A DNA stretch of 64,000 nucleotides from Candidatus Bathyarchaeia archaeon (GCA_049512075.1 JBEKXL010000001.1:32001-96000); one strand, 5' to 3'. Shown: positions 9,537 through 20,598, numbered from the stretch's first letter. Made by a program: numbers and translations. The notes: a model not told the origin generated them from the sequence alone.

Positions 9537-11537
9537 ATGACCAGAATTGGCGTGTACGTTTGCCACTGCGGCCTGAACATCGCCGGAGTCGTTGACGTGG
9601 AAAAGGTTGCCGAATACGCCAAAACCTTGCCAGACGTCGTCGTATCCGAGCATTATACTTACATGTGTTCTGAACCTGGACAACGCATGATTCAGGAGGG
9701 TATAAGGAACAAAAAGCTTGACAGGATCGTCATCGCAACGTGCTCGCCTCGAATGCACGAAGAAACGTTCCGGAGAGCAGTTGCGGAAGCTGGACTTAAC
9801 CCATATCTGACGGAAATAGTCAACCTGCGAGAGCAAGTTTCTTGGGCGCACACTCATGAACCTGAAAAGGCGACGGAAAAAGCTAAAGCGCTTGTTAGGA
9901 TGGGAGTGGCCCGCTCTCGACTCTTAGAACCGCTTGAAAAACGCAGAGTGAGCGTTGAGAAAAGCGTCTTGGTTGTGGGCGGAGGAATCGCGGGCATACA
10001 GGCCTCGTTGGACCTCGCTAACGCAGGGTTTCCTGTCTACCTTGTAGAGAAAGCCCCAAGCATCGGCGGACGCATGGCACAGCTGGACAAAACCTTCCCA
10101 ACTCTCGATTGCAGCGCGTGCATACTGACGCCTAAAATGGTTGATGTAGCCAAAAATCCGAACATCACAATGCTGACAAACGCTGAGGTCACCGACGTGA
10201 AGGGCTTTGTCGGCAACTACGAAGCTACAATCCTCAAGAAGCCGAGATACGTGGACGAAAAAAGATGCGTGGGCTGTGAACTGTGCGCGCAAGTGTGTCC
10301 AGTCAAAGTTCCAGACAGGTTTAACGAAAACTTGACACAAAAACGTGCCATATCCATCTACTCGCCGCATGCCGTGCCTAATATCGCCATAATCAACCCG
10401 GGCTACTGCCTCAGACTGAAGTATAACAAGGGCGTTTGCGGCAAGTGCCAAGAGGCATGCGAAGCTAAGGCCATAAACTTCGAGCAGCAACCTGAAACGA
10501 TCCAGGTAAAAGTGGGCGGCGTGGTCCTGGCTGTAGGTTCCGAGGTTTTCAACGCCTTGCAAATGACGGAACTCGGTTATGGACGCTTCAAGAACGTGAT
10601 TTCGAACATCGAGTTTGAAAGGATTTCAGACGCGTCTGGACCGACAGGAGGCAAAATCCTCTCTCCGAAGAACGGTAAGACACCCAAGACAGTTGTTTTC
10701 ATCCAGTGTGTGGGCTCTCGAGACAAGCGTTTCCACGAGTACTGTTGCCGAGTCGGCTGCATGGTAACCCTGAAACAAGCGATTCTGGCGAGAGAGAAAA
10801 TCCATGAAAACGTGAAGATATACGTCTGTTACATCGACATGCGAGCCTTCGGCAAGGGCTACGACGAGTTCTACAGACGCGCAAGGGACATGGACATAGA
10901 CTTTATCGCGGGCTTACCCTCTGAGATCCACGAGTCGCCAGACGGTTCACTCTACTTCGACGTCTACGACAAGGGAACAAACAAGCTCTTGCAGATACGC
11001 ACAGACCTGGTTGTTCTTGGAACAGGACTTGTCCCGAACGAAGATCTAGCAGACATCAGCGCACTGCTCCACGCTTCAAGGAGCGCAGACGGTTTTCTGT
11101 TGGAGGCACATCCGAAACTGAAACCACTCGAAAGCGCCGTGGCAGGCGTCTTTCTGGCAGGCGCATGTCAGGGACCCAAGGACATACCGGACACGGTGGC
11201 ACAGGCAAGCGGAGCCGCGGCGAAAGCCTTGGACCTGCTCTCACACGGTGAGATTGAGCTTGAACCCTTGAAAGCCATAGTCGACGAAGACCTGTGCAGC
11301 GGATGCAAAATTTGTACGTCAATTTGCCCATTCCTGGCAATAGAAATGAAAACTGATATCATCGAAGGAAAAGAGAGGGCCAGAGCGGAGGTTATCGAAG
11401 CCGTGTGCCAGGGTTGCGGTCTTTGCAGTTCAGCGTGCCCGACCGGCGCCATAAAAATACAGCAATACAACAACAAACAAGTAATGACCCAAGTTGAGGC
11501 AGCCTTGGCTGAGACCTGCGCTGAAGGGGGAAAATGA
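9537..11537 (+). CDS. hdrA: Heterodisulfide reductase subunit A
   Basis: GVYVCHCGLNI, CSPRMHE, GGGIAG, DKTFPTLDCSACIL, QCVGSRD, CQGPKDI motifs and ferredoxin repeats. Confidence 0.97.
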   Translation: MTRIGVYVCHCGLNIAGVVDVEKVAEYAKTLPDVVVSEHYTYMCSEPGQRMIQEGIRNKKLDRIVIATCSPRMHEETFRRAVAEAGLNPYLTEIVNLREQVSWAHTHEPEKATEKAKALVRMGVARSRLLEPLEKRRVSVEKSVLVVGGGIAGIQASLDLANAGFPVYLVEKAPSIGGRMAQLDKTFPTLDCSACILTPKMVDVAKNPNITMLTNAEVTDVKGFVGNYEATILKKPRYVDEKRCVGCELCAQVCPVKVPDRFNENLTQKRAISIYSPHAVPNIAIINPGYCLRLKYNKGVCGKCQEACEAKAINFEQQPETIQVKVGGVVLAVGSEVFNALQMTELGYGRFKNVISNIEFERISDASGPTGGKILSPKNGKTPKTVVFIQCVGSRDKRFHEYCCRVGCMVTLKQAILAREKIHENVKIYVCYIDMRAFGKGYDEFYRRARDMDIDFIAGLPSEIHESPDGSLYFDVYDKGTNKLLQIRTDLVVLGTGLVPNEDLADISALLHASRSADGFLLEAHPKLKPLESAVAGVFLAGACQGPKDIPDTVAQASGAAAKALDLLSHGEIELEPLKAIVDEDLCSGCKICTSICPFLAIEMKTDIIEGKERARAEVIEAVCQGCGLCSSACPTGAIKIQQYNNKQVMTQVEAALAETCAEGGK

Positions 11538-11538
11538 A

Positions 11539-12054
11539 TTGGGCCTCTCCGATTTGATGTCGATGGCTAAACCCAACATCGAAGCACGAGACAAAATCCT
11601 GGCCAGGATCGGCGGGAAAGAACTCGTGAACTGTTTTCAGTGTATAAAATGCACGAGCGGATGCACCGCTTTGAAGCTTCTGGAACTGAAGCCACATGAA
11701 ATAATAAAACTCGTGAACCTGGGCTTCGTGGACGAACTACCTTCTTCGGACATAATCTGGACGTGCGTAACCTGCCTGAAATGTGTACAGAGATGCCCCC
11801 AGAAAGCCTCGCCCTACCACGTGATAATAGCTCTGAGAAACCTTGCTGTTGAAAAGGAAGCAAAGGTGCCAGAGGGGTATTTGAAGGCAGTTTCACAGAT
11901 ACTGGAAACCGGACAAGTGGACACCTACCAGAAAATCGTGACTAGGAAGATGGAGACTGTTGACCGCGAATGCCTGAAACTTCCCAAGATATGCCCGCCG
12001 AAAGAAAGCTTTCAGGTTGTCTTCATGAAGGCAATGGAGGAAAAGACAACTTGA
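11539..12054 (+). CDS. hdrC: Heterodisulfide reductase subunit C
   Basis: CFQCIKCTSGC and WTCVTCLKCVQRCP clusters; start is 11539 or 11557. Confidence 0.9.
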   Translation: MGLSDLMSMAKPNIEARDKILARIGGKELVNCFQCIKCTSGCTALKLLELKPHEIIKLVNLGFVDELPSSDIIWTCVTCLKCVQRCPQKASPYHVIIALRNLAVEKEAKVPEGYLKAVSQILETGQVDTYQKIVTRKMETVDRECLKLPKICPPKESFQVVFMKAMEEKTT

Positions 12055-12926
12055 AGACGGCGGTTTTCTGGGGTTGCTGCATACTAACAAGCCAGTACGC
12101 CTATGAGATGTCGCTCCGTCAAGTTCTACCCAAGTTTGACATCGAACTGGTTGATCTTCCTGAGGCCATCTGCTGCGGCGATCCTATCAAAAGCGTCAAC
12201 GACTTCTCGGCCAACTATCTTGCAGCAAGGGCCCTATCCTTGGCAAACTTGACGGGATTAGAAAACCTGCTCGTTCCGTGCAACCGCTGCCACTTCACAA
12301 TCTCTGAAGCAAAGAAAACAATACAGAACAACACCAAGATAGGTCAAAAGATCGTGGGTTTGCTGAAGGAGGAAGGCTTGGAGTATAACCCGAACATCAA
12401 GATGTGGCACACTATCGATCTTTTGCACGATTATGTTGGACTCAAAAGAATCAAAAAAGCCGTGATCAAACCTCTTAAAGGTTTGAAAGTGGCGAGCCAC
12501 GTCGGCTGCCAGATCATCCGGTACACTGACCTCGGAAGGGTTGACGATGCTGAAAACCCGAAGAAACTGGACGAGTTGATAAGTGCTTTGGGCGCGGAGG
12601 CCGTCGACTACCCTGAGAAACTCGACTGTTGCGGGGCAGCTCTGACACGAAGCCACCCTGACTCTGCACTTTCGCTTGCAGGCTCGAAACTGAAAGCCGT
12701 GCAGAATCTCCCAGCGGACGGAATGGTCGTCTCCTGCCCAGAATGTCAGCTAATGTTCGATGCGAAGCAGAAGGACGCGGGAACAACTGTCGGAGCAAAG
12801 CTCAACGTTCCAGTGGTCTATTACACACAGCTGCTCGGTCTGGCCCTAGGTATCGACGAGAAGAAGCTTGGCTTGGAATTGAACCAAAGCCCCGTGGACC
12901 AACTTCAGGCCAAGATTTGCGTCTAG
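12051..12926 (+). CDS. hdrB: Heterodisulfide reductase subunit B
   Basis: Two CCG domains (CCGD/PCNRC and CCGA/SCPECQ), HVGCQ, PVVYYTQLLGLA. Confidence 0.93.
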   Translation: MKTAVFWGCCILTSQYAYEMSLRQVLPKFDIELVDLPEAICCGDPIKSVNDFSANYLAARALSLANLTGLENLLVPCNRCHFTISEAKKTIQNNTKIGQKIVGLLKEEGLEYNPNIKMWHTIDLLHDYVGLKRIKKAVIKPLKGLKVASHVGCQIIRYTDLGRVDDAENPKKLDELISALGAEAVDYPEKLDCCGAALTRSHPDSALSLAGSKLKAVQNLPADGMVVSCPECQLMFDAKQKDAGTTVGAKLNVPVVYYTQLLGLALGIDEKKLGLELNQSPVDQLQAKICV

Positions 12927-12983
12927 AGGCCCAAACAACTTTTATGCCAGTAGCTCCAAACTCCTTTCTAAAAGGTGGACAAT

Positions 12984-14201
12984 ATGGTAGATTTCAGTTT
13001 CACAGAGGAACAGGAGCTTTTCCGTAAGGCCGTGCGTGAATGGTGCGAGAAGAACCTGCCGATGGAAAAAATCAGGGAAATGGATACTCAGGGCCGGATT
13101 CCGCAGGAACTGCTTCGAAGCATGGGTGAAATGGGACTGCTCATCATGACCGCCCCACAGGAACACGGTGGAACTGGCGCAGACTGGGTTACGGCTTGCA
13201 TTGCCGCGGAGGAACTGGGCTACGCGGACGTAAGCATCGCGTTGCCTGTGCTTTGGCTTGTAGAGTCATCGTGGGGCTACGTCGTTGACAGATACGCCAG
13301 CGAACAAGTGCGTGAAGCGGTAATTCGGAAGGCGATAAGAGGCGACGCATTCATAGGAATAGGCTCGACAGAAGCAGGAGGAGGCTCAGACGTTGCAGGC
13401 TTCAAATCAACGGCGAAAAAACAGGGAAACGACTGGATTCTCAACGGCGAAAAGACTTACATCAGCGGCACTGAAGAAGCAAAGACGCTGGGCGGAGGCT
13501 ACTTCGTCATTGCACGAAGCTCACCCGCACCTCCAGAAGCTTCACACCGTGGAATGACCGGCTTCTACGTTCCGATGAACGCGCCGGGAGTTGAAATCAA
13601 CAAACGGTACGAAGACATGGGCAGAATGGCAATCTCAACCGGCGGCTTCTTGATGAAAAACGTTAAGGTGCCAGACTCGTACAGGCTGGGAGAAGTGGAC
13701 AAGGGTTTCTACTTAACGATGGAAGGTTTCGACACTGCGCGCATATTGATATCAGCCGTGTGCACGGGTGCAGCGAGACGTGCCCTGGACATAGGAACAG
13801 AGTACGTGAAAGCAAGGAAAGCCTTCGGAAGGCCTATCGGCAAATTCCAAGGCATACAGTTTGAGATGGCAGACGACTGGGCGCATCTGGAAGCTTTAAG
13901 GTCATTGACTTTCCGCACTGCATGGATGATGGACATGCGCTACAAAGAGAACAAGTTCACGCCGCTCGAAGTGACTAAGTTGATCGCTGCCTGCAAACTC
14001 CTCGCCCCACATCTAGCTTTTGACATCTACAAGCACGCGATGATTTGGCTCGGAGCCTACGGATACACTAAAGAGTGCCCGTTAGAGATGGGTCTGCGAG
14101 GCGTAATGTCCTACTGCGTGGGCGCTGAGGGAGCGACCAACATTCAAAGAACAGTCATAGCCAGAGAACTACTCGGCAAAGACTTCATAGCCTACAAGTA
14201 G
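12984..14201 (+). CDS. Acyl-CoA dehydrogenase
   Basis: STEAGGGSD, LNGEKTYIS, RKAFGRPIGKFQGIQ, GAYGY and EGATNIQR motifs. Confidence 0.95.
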   Translation: MVDFSFTEEQELFRKAVREWCEKNLPMEKIREMDTQGRIPQELLRSMGEMGLLIMTAPQEHGGTGADWVTACIAAEELGYADVSIALPVLWLVESSWGYVVDRYASEQVREAVIRKAIRGDAFIGIGSTEAGGGSDVAGFKSTAKKQGNDWILNGEKTYISGTEEAKTLGGGYFVIARSSPAPPEASHRGMTGFYVPMNAPGVEINKRYEDMGRMAISTGGFLMKNVKVPDSYRLGEVDKGFYLTMEGFDTARILISAVCTGAARRALDIGTEYVKARKAFGRPIGKFQGIQFEMADDWAHLEALRSLTFRTAWMMDMRYKENKFTPLEVTKLIAACKLLAPHLAFDIYKHAMIWLGAYGYTKECPLEMGLRGVMSYCVGAEGATNIQRTVIARELLGKDFIAYK

Positions 14202-14245
14202 GCTAACTTCCCGCCTTTATTCACTCTATGCCAAGCAAGAAAGAA

Positions 14246-15220
14246 CTATTGGAGATGTTTTTTCAGGGCTTCCTTCAGCGCCGGTAGAACTTCGTACATG
14301 TTGCCAACGACTCCGTAGTCCGCTATTTCGAATATTGGTGCTTCGGGATCTTTGTTGATGGCCACTATTACTTTGGCATCGCGTATTCCAGCCACGTGCT
14401 GGATGACCCCTGAAACTCCTGAGGCTATGTATAGTTTGGGTTTGACCTTGTGTCCTGAAAGCCCGATCCATTCTGAGAACCACTTCCTGTCTTCTACCAA
14501 TGGTCTTGAGCAGCCCACTTGGCCGCCCAGAACCTCTGCCAACTCCTTCAACAATGTAATGTCATCTTTTTTTTCTAAACCTCTTCCACAGCTGACTATC
14601 ACTTCAGCTTCTTCAACCCTTTCACTGGAAGTTTCAAGCGGTTTTCTCTCGACAACCTCAACTTTCGGCAGTTCAATCTTGACGTCTACTTCCACAACTT
14701 CCCCTTTGCGCTCTTGTGGGGTTGCCTTTTCAAATGCCCTTGCTGGTACGGTCACTATCTGCGGCTTTGACTTGAAAGCCACCTTTGCCACGGCGTTTCC
14801 GCCGTAGGTTATCCTTTCGCCGATCAGCCTTCTGTCTTCGTCAACGCTAAGCTTGATGCAGTCAGGGACGCATCCGGCGTCAAGACGCGTCGCCAGTCTG
14901 GCAGCGAGAGGCTTTCCGTTTCTGGTCGATCCAACCATCAGGATTTCAGGGCGATATCGTACTGCCAGATTGTGCAAAACGCTCAGGTAGGGTTCGGTTT
15001 GGAAACGCTCCAAGGCAGGGTTGTCAACAAGAAAAACCTTATCTGCCCCGTATTTTATCAGATCGTTTGCTTTCTTCTGCGCGTTATTTCCAAACTGTAC
15101 AGCTGCAAGCTCCGTCTGCAATTTGTCTGCTAGCTCTCTGGCTCTTCCAAGCATTTCAAGGGTAAGGTCGTAGGCTTCTGAAAAGACGCAGATTCCACTG
15201 TGTTCGCTCACGATGCTCAC
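14246..15220 (-). CDS. etfA: Electron transfer flavoprotein alpha subunit
   Basis: GRG, GCSRP, IGLSG..VKPKLY, GVSGVIQHVAG and AINKDPEAPIF motifs. Confidence 0.95.
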   Translation of the reverse strand: MSIVSEHSGICVFSEAYDLTLEMLGRARELADKLQTELAAVQFGNNAQKKANDLIKYGADKVFLVDNPALERFQTEPYLSVLHNLAVRYRPEILMVGSTRNGKPLAARLATRLDAGCVPDCIKLSVDEDRRLIGERITYGGNAVAKVAFKSKPQIVTVPARAFEKATPQERKGEVVEVDVKIELPKVEVVERKPLETSSERVEEAEVIVSCGRGLEKKDDITLLKELAEVLGGQVGCSRPLVEDRKWFSEWIGLSGHKVKPKLYIASGVSGVIQHVAGIRDAKVIVAINKDPEAPIFEIADYGVVGNMYEVLPALKEALKKHLQ

Positions 15221-16014
15221 CTTCCGACAACTCCTTCTTGAATTAACGCCTTAGCCAGTTTTTCTGCTATTTCCTGCATTGTTTCACCCTTGATGATTAT
15301 CTTTTTCCTCTCCATTTTGGGCGCCAAGACTTCCAGCACTTCAATCTTCGAGGTGATTTTCTCCTTCTGCACACCAATGTCTGTCAGTGCCCACTTGACT
15401 ATTTCTTTCTTAGAGGCCTTCATTATCATCATAAGAGAAGGAATTCTCGGCTGATTTATCTCCCTCGTCACGGTTACGACGGCAGGCATTTTCGCCTTCA
15501 CAGTCTCGCTTGAGTCTTCAAGCGCTCTCTCCGCAACGATGGTGTCGCCTTCCACCGAAAGCTTCCTGACCGAGCTCATCTGGGGCAAACCTAGAAGTTC
15601 GGTCAACCTCGAACCTACGAGTCCAGAAAAACTGTCCAGAGAGGCATCACCGCCGAGAATCAGGTCAAATTCTCCGATTTTCCTCACTGCTTGAGCTAGA
15701 ATGTAAGCAGTGCCCGATGTGTCCACTGCCTGAACTGCAGGATCATTGACAAAGTAAGCCTTGTCGGCTCCCATTGCTAGAGCTTCGCGCAGAACTGCCT
15801 TAGCATCCTCTGAGTCGACAGTCAAAGTGAATATTTCGGTCCCGCCGAGTTTCTCCTTGATCTTTATCGCCTCTTCCAAGGCGTTTTTGTCAAAGTCGCT
15901 GATTTTTCTGGGCGCACCAGCGGTGATTAACTGTCTCGTCGCAGGATCAATTTTCAGTTGTGAGACATCGACTGCCTGTTTTAGGCAGACAATTATGCGT
16001 TTCAAATCATCCAA
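15217..16014 (-). CDS. etfB: Electron transfer flavoprotein beta subunit
   Basis: VCLKQ, DKNALEEA, ALAMGAD and INQPRIPS motifs. Confidence 0.95.
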   Translation of the reverse strand: MDDLKRIIVCLKQAVDVSQLKIDPATRQLITAGAPRKISDFDKNALEEAIKIKEKLGGTEIFTLTVDSEDAKAVLREALAMGADKAYFVNDPAVQAVDTSGTAYILAQAVRKIGEFDLILGGDASLDSFSGLVGSRLTELLGLPQMSSVRKLSVEGDTIVAERALEDSSETVKAKMPAVVTVTREINQPRIPSLMMIMKASKKEIVKWALTDIGVQKEKITSKIEVLEVLAPKMERKKIIIKGETMQEIAEKLAKALIQEGVVGR

Positions 16015-16255
16015 CCTCTCGCAGTTAGCCTGAATCGGAGACTAGAAACTTGACATTTGAAATAAAAAAGTTTCGCCTCACGAGTCACAATTTGGCGCGA
16101 GCCGCCACTCAACAGGAAAAACGCATTTTACTCAAGCCTTCGTGGCTAATTTCGCTCTAGCGCCACACAGGCACAATGCGGGGAAAAGCTTGGATTTCAA
16201 TCTGCTGATCGCCGTCCGGCCTATTTCCAATTTGGCACTATTAAAACGAAAATAG

Positions 16256-17407
16256 TTAGAGGGAAACAAGTTTGTCTTGAGCTGCTGCCAACCCTGCTCC
16301 AAGGCTGAACTTGTAAGCAAGATGTGTTAACGCTTGTTCTATGGCTCCTATGGTTGAAAGTATATCGTTTTCGCTCACGTTTCCCATGTGACCGACTCTA
16401 AACCCTTTGCCCTTTATTGGCCCGATCGTGGCGGCGACTACTACTCCGTGCTTTCGCATTTCACTCCTGAATGCTGTATCCTCGACGTTCTCAGGGTAGA
16501 AAGCTGCTGTCAGAGTGTCTGCTGCACATTCCCTTTCTGCTACGAGTCTGACATTAAGAGCATCTAGTGCAGCTCGAAAAGCTTCGGCTATGATGTGATG
16601 CCTCATGAATCTCTGTTCCAGCCCTTCAGCAAGAATTGCTTTCAAAGATTCAGAGAGAGCATATGTCATGTTAACGGCCGGTGTGGCAAAATACTTAGAT
16701 GGGTCTCTCATCACAGGTAACCAGTTCTTGAGGTCGCCGTACCAAAATCCTACAGGGGTCTTTCTGTTTTCCAGAAGGTTGAGGACTCTGTCGTTTGTAG
16801 AAAGCAGGGCCAAGCCTGGCGGAACCCCTATGCATTTTTGAGAACCGCTGACGCAAGCGTCTATATTCCAGTCGTCAACTCGGACCTCAATTCCGCCTAA
16901 GGAGCAAACCGTGTCAACAATGTAGAAGGCGTCGCTGTTTTTCTTCACAATCTGGCCAATTTCCTTAATCGAATTAATTACTCCTGTAGAAGTATCCACA
17001 TGCGTAACTGTGACCGCTTTGTAATCATCTTCCTCTAGAGCTTCTTTGACTTGGTTCGGTTTCACACATTTACCCCACGGCGCCTCCAGAACCTTGGTTG
17101 CAGCTCCATGAGCTTTTGACATTCTTGCAAAGTAGTCTCCAAAATACCCTACCACGATGTTCAGGATTTTGTCTCCAGGCTCTACGATGTTTGCAATGCC
17201 AATTTCTAATGCCAAGGTTCCTGATCCGGCAATGACGAAAACTTCGTGTTTGGTCATGAACACCTTTTTCAAGTTCTCGAGTGCTTCTTTGAAGGTTTCA
17301 ACAAACTGTGGATCCGTGTGCGCGAGGGTTGGCTTGCTTAACGCGCGCAGAACCAGGGGATCCACATTTGTCGGACCTGGAATCATGAGAAGTTTTCTTT
17401 CACTCAT
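16256..17407 (-). CDS. Class V aminotransferase (alanine-glyoxylate/serine-pyruvate type)
   Basis: LMIPGPT, HVDTSTGV, DTVCSLGG, SGSQKCIGVPPG and RVGHMG motifs. Confidence 0.93.
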   Translation of the reverse strand: MSERKLLMIPGPTNVDPLVLRALSKPTLAHTDPQFVETFKEALENLKKVFMTKHEVFVIAGSGTLALEIGIANIVEPGDKILNIVVGYFGDYFARMSKAHGAATKVLEAPWGKCVKPNQVKEALEEDDYKAVTVTHVDTSTGVINSIKEIGQIVKKNSDAFYIVDTVCSLGGIEVRVDDWNIDACVSGSQKCIGVPPGLALLSTNDRVLNLLENRKTPVGFWYGDLKNWLPVMRDPSKYFATPAVNMTYALSESLKAILAEGLEQRFMRHHIIAEAFRAALDALNVRLVAERECAADTLTAAFYPENVEDTAFRSEMRKHGVVVAATIGPIKGKGFRVGHMGNVSENDILSTIGAIEQALTHLAYKFSLGAGLAAAQDKLVSL

Positions 17408-17615
17408 GAATATTCACAGCCCAGTTACCATATGGACAGAAATATCCTTTTATCTTCTTAATAATGATTATGTAGTTAGCTGAGTTGGTGTGCTGACACA
17501 CGCTACCTCCGGTCCACGATATGATCCAAAAAATAGGATTCGCCAAAATGTGCGATCTCTCTCAAATCGCCATGATAGTTCTGTGGTGACTGTTGACCCG
17601 GCAATTCGAAAATGG

Positions 17616-18716
17616 CTAGACGACTACTAGCTCTTTCGATATGTGACTCAGCATTCTTCGGTTAGTTTGTGAAACAGCTATGTTGTCTTCGATCCTGACC
17701 CCGAATTTACCGAAGAAGTATATTCCGGGCTCGATAGTGAACGCCATGCCAGGCTTCAGTATCATTTCGTTGCCTTGAGCGATATATGGCTCTTCATGCA
17801 CTTCCAAGCCTAAGCCGTGACCTGTTCGATGAGTAAAGTAGTCGCTGTACCCAGCATTCTCTATGACGTTTCTGGCGGCAGCGTCAACTTCTTCAGCTTT
17901 GACACCTGGCTTCACACTTCTTACGGCTGCTTCATGAGCCTCAGCCACAAGGTCGTAGATTTCTCTTTCCTTTTTTGTCACTTCTCCAACGAAGACTGTT
18001 CGGGTTAGGTCACCATAATACCCTTCACAGACTGCGCCCACATCCATCAGCACCACATCCTTTTCACCTACCATCCTGTTTGATGTTTCTCCGTGAGGAA
18101 GAGCTGAATTTTCCCCTGATAGGACCAGACAGAAAGGAATGCTTTCGCCGCCACTTTCTTTTATCACCTGCTCTATTCGGCAGGAAATCGCCAATTCCGT
18201 GACTCCAGGTTTTATGAACTCTATCCCCGCCTTTATCCCCTCAGCAACGACACCTGCAGCTTGTTCTATTAGCCCCAGTTCTTGGTCAGATTTCACGCAC
18301 CTGAGCTGACTGAAGAGGGCCGAAGCGTCTTCTGCCCTTATTTTTGACGATGCGGCAGCCAGCATTCTGTAGAATCTGAACGGCAGAGTGCCTTCAACCC
18401 CGAAAGCAGCTTTCTCCAGTTTTAGCTCTTTTACTGCCTTGTTAAGCAGAAGGGCCGGACTCTCTGAATCGGAATAGGTCGTGATTTCTTTGAACGCGGA
18501 CTTTTCTTTTGCCTTTGTCTTCTCGAGCTCTGGGACTATCACTATCGGAACACCCGTTTCTACTGGAACGACTATTCCCGCGAACCTTTCTATCGCTAGG
18601 GTTGAAAAGCCTGCTAGATATCGCATGTTCTTTTCGGAGACAATAAGAAAAGCATCGATTCCAGCCTTCCTGCCGTTCCTCTTTAACGCTTCTATTCTTT
18701 CCTCGAACACTGTCAT
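17616..18716 (-). CDS. pepQ: Xaa-Pro dipeptidase/aminopeptidase (M24)
   Basis: SALPHG, DLTRT, HRTGHGLGLEVHE, TIEPGIY and GVRIED motifs. Confidence 0.92.
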   Translation of the reverse strand: MTVFEERIEALKRNGRKAGIDAFLIVSEKNMRYLAGFSTLAIERFAGIVVPVETGVPIVIVPELEKTKAKEKSAFKEITTYSDSESPALLLNKAVKELKLEKAAFGVEGTLPFRFYRMLAAASSKIRAEDASALFSQLRCVKSDQELGLIEQAAGVVAEGIKAGIEFIKPGVTELAISCRIEQVIKESGGESIPFCLVLSGENSALPHGETSNRMVGEKDVVLMDVGAVCEGYYGDLTRTVFVGEVTKKEREIYDLVAEAHEAAVRSVKPGVKAEEVDAAARNVIENAGYSDYFTHRTGHGLGLEVHEEPYIAQGNEMILKPGMAFTIEPGIYFFGKFGVRIEDNIAVSQTNRRMLSHISKELVVV

Positions 18717-18846
18717 AATTCTCAGCCTGATTACTTCTACGTAGTCTAATAACTTCGTCAGGAATATATTAGTGCGCTGCAAGTTGATGACAAAACATCA
18801 ACTATAAATAAGGTTTGGAAACAACGGAAGCTTTGGAGATCGCAGG

Positions 18847-19446
18847 TTGAAGACGATAAGAAACGAGAATGTGTGGATACGATTAGGCAGCATGTGGATC
18901 GTGGGCTTTGCGATTCTGCTTTTGACCTGGATCTTCAGCTACAGAGCCCTTCCGGAAGGGGTTGTCAGCGGAAGTTCAGGCGTCTACTATGCCCCAATAA
19001 AGGCCGAGGATGTCACAGTGACTTTCCTCCGAATCTTTCTATGGAACCTCTGCGTGGGCTGCATCCCCGTAGCGATAGGCAACTTCGTTCGCGTGAAGGG
19101 CATTCCCTTGGGATACCTACTGGCCTTTTATCACTGGGGGATGTACGGTGTTCTGCTTGGAACCAACTCGTTTGTGATTCCGGGTCCAAGCAAATTTCTC
19201 CCCTCGCTCACAACACTATTCTATGGAAGCGGAATCTACGAGATTTCGTCTTACACTATACTTTCCTCAGCGACCTTCAGCCTCTACAGCCAGTATGGAG
19301 ATTCTGGGGGCGATTGGGATTCGACCAGAAAACACAAGTGGAGTATCCTCAGATTGTCAAAAACCGAGTATGCCGCCATGGCGTTTGCTATTCTGATATT
19401 GGCGGTTTCCAACTACTATGAAGCTTGGTATATTTTCCACATATAG
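18847..19446 (+). CDS. Hypothetical multi-pass membrane protein
   Basis: Several hydrophobic segments; loosely SpoIIM-like (IF.WN, YE..Y, C-terminal EA). Confidence 0.65.
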   Translation: MKTIRNENVWIRLGSMWIVGFAILLLTWIFSYRALPEGVVSGSSGVYYAPIKAEDVTVTFLRIFLWNLCVGCIPVAIGNFVRVKGIPLGYLLAFYHWGMYGVLLGTNSFVIPGPSKFLPSLTTLFYGSGIYEISSYTILSSATFSLYSQYGDSGGDWDSTRKHKWSILRLSKTEYAAMAFAILILAVSNYYEAWYIFHI

Positions 19447-19470
19447 AAAGAAATGCGACAGTGAGGATCT

Positions 19471-20598
19471 CTATCTTTTCTTAGTCTCCCCCACAATATC
19501 TTCGATTGGCCTGTAACCTATGTCAAAACCAAAGTGTCTCGGGGAGAACAACTCTATTCCTTTTTTGGTCCTCCATATCATGTAGGCTCTTCTTCCAAAA
19601 ACCACAACTTCTCTATTCTTCCCGAATTCCTGACCCCAAACGGACAGTCCTTCACCCGTTTTTGCGTCGACAACGCAGATAGTGTCTGGACAGGTGACGT
19701 ATGGCCTTTCGTTCAGCCATGTAATCATGTACTCGTTCTTGAACCAAATCGTGAGTACTTCTTTTCGAAAACCTTCATTGCCTGAAATACTAATGTTGCC
19801 CCACATGAAACCTGCTTCTTCTTTTCTCTCGAAAGAGTTCACATTGCCACGGAACAGCAGGTATCCATCACAAGTCTTGATCAAAGCCTGCACGGGATCT
19901 TCTCCGCGTTCCCTAGCTTGTCTGACACTTCTTCCCACTCCTATGGTCGCAGAAATCGAATTAGGAACAACCGCATCCCTGACGTCCCTTCCAGTTGTAG
20001 CGCATCTCGCGACTCCGCACTTTCCACCAGACGCAACTGCCATGTATCTGCAGATGTCTTCAGCCCTAGCGTCATCGACAACATTCTCGACAATCATCGT
20101 TTCTCCGAATGGAGTGACAATCGCCAAAGGAAAAGCATTAAGGCCTACCACATTCGTGGTGGACAGAGAAATCTCAGGTTTGGCTCTTCCTCCCCCTGCA
20201 TTACAGTCGACACAGCAGGTGTCCATCATTGCAGCAATGTACGTCGGTATCGCAGTGTTGAAAGGCCCAATTTCACTGGGGAAGAAAGCGTAGGGTTCTT
20301 TTCCAAGATATTCAGCGAGCGCTTTTTCAGCTGCAAATTCAGGTTTCTTCTCAATTCTTGGCAAATTGCTAACTTTTTTTCTAGCTTCTCCGGAAACACC
20401 GCCTCCGACAATTCCGACTATCATCACGATTTCATCGTCTGGAATCTCTTCAATATCCATAAGCCTAAATTATTTCTTCTCTGCGTAAACCTCTTCTATC
20501 AAAGGCCTAGCTGATTCTATCTCTCCACCTCCGCCAACACCCAAGATCTTGGCCCCCACCAACAGGTCCTCAATATCCAGTCTGGGGAGGGTTTTCAA
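19471..20598 (-). pseudogene. DUF917 family gene with an in-frame TAA at codon 43
   Basis: TTG 20598 gives DIEDLLVGAKILGVGGGG; TAA at 20472-20470; the same frame resumes with EIG..N, GRAKPE, WFKNE and PD.I.VVD. Confidence 0.8.
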
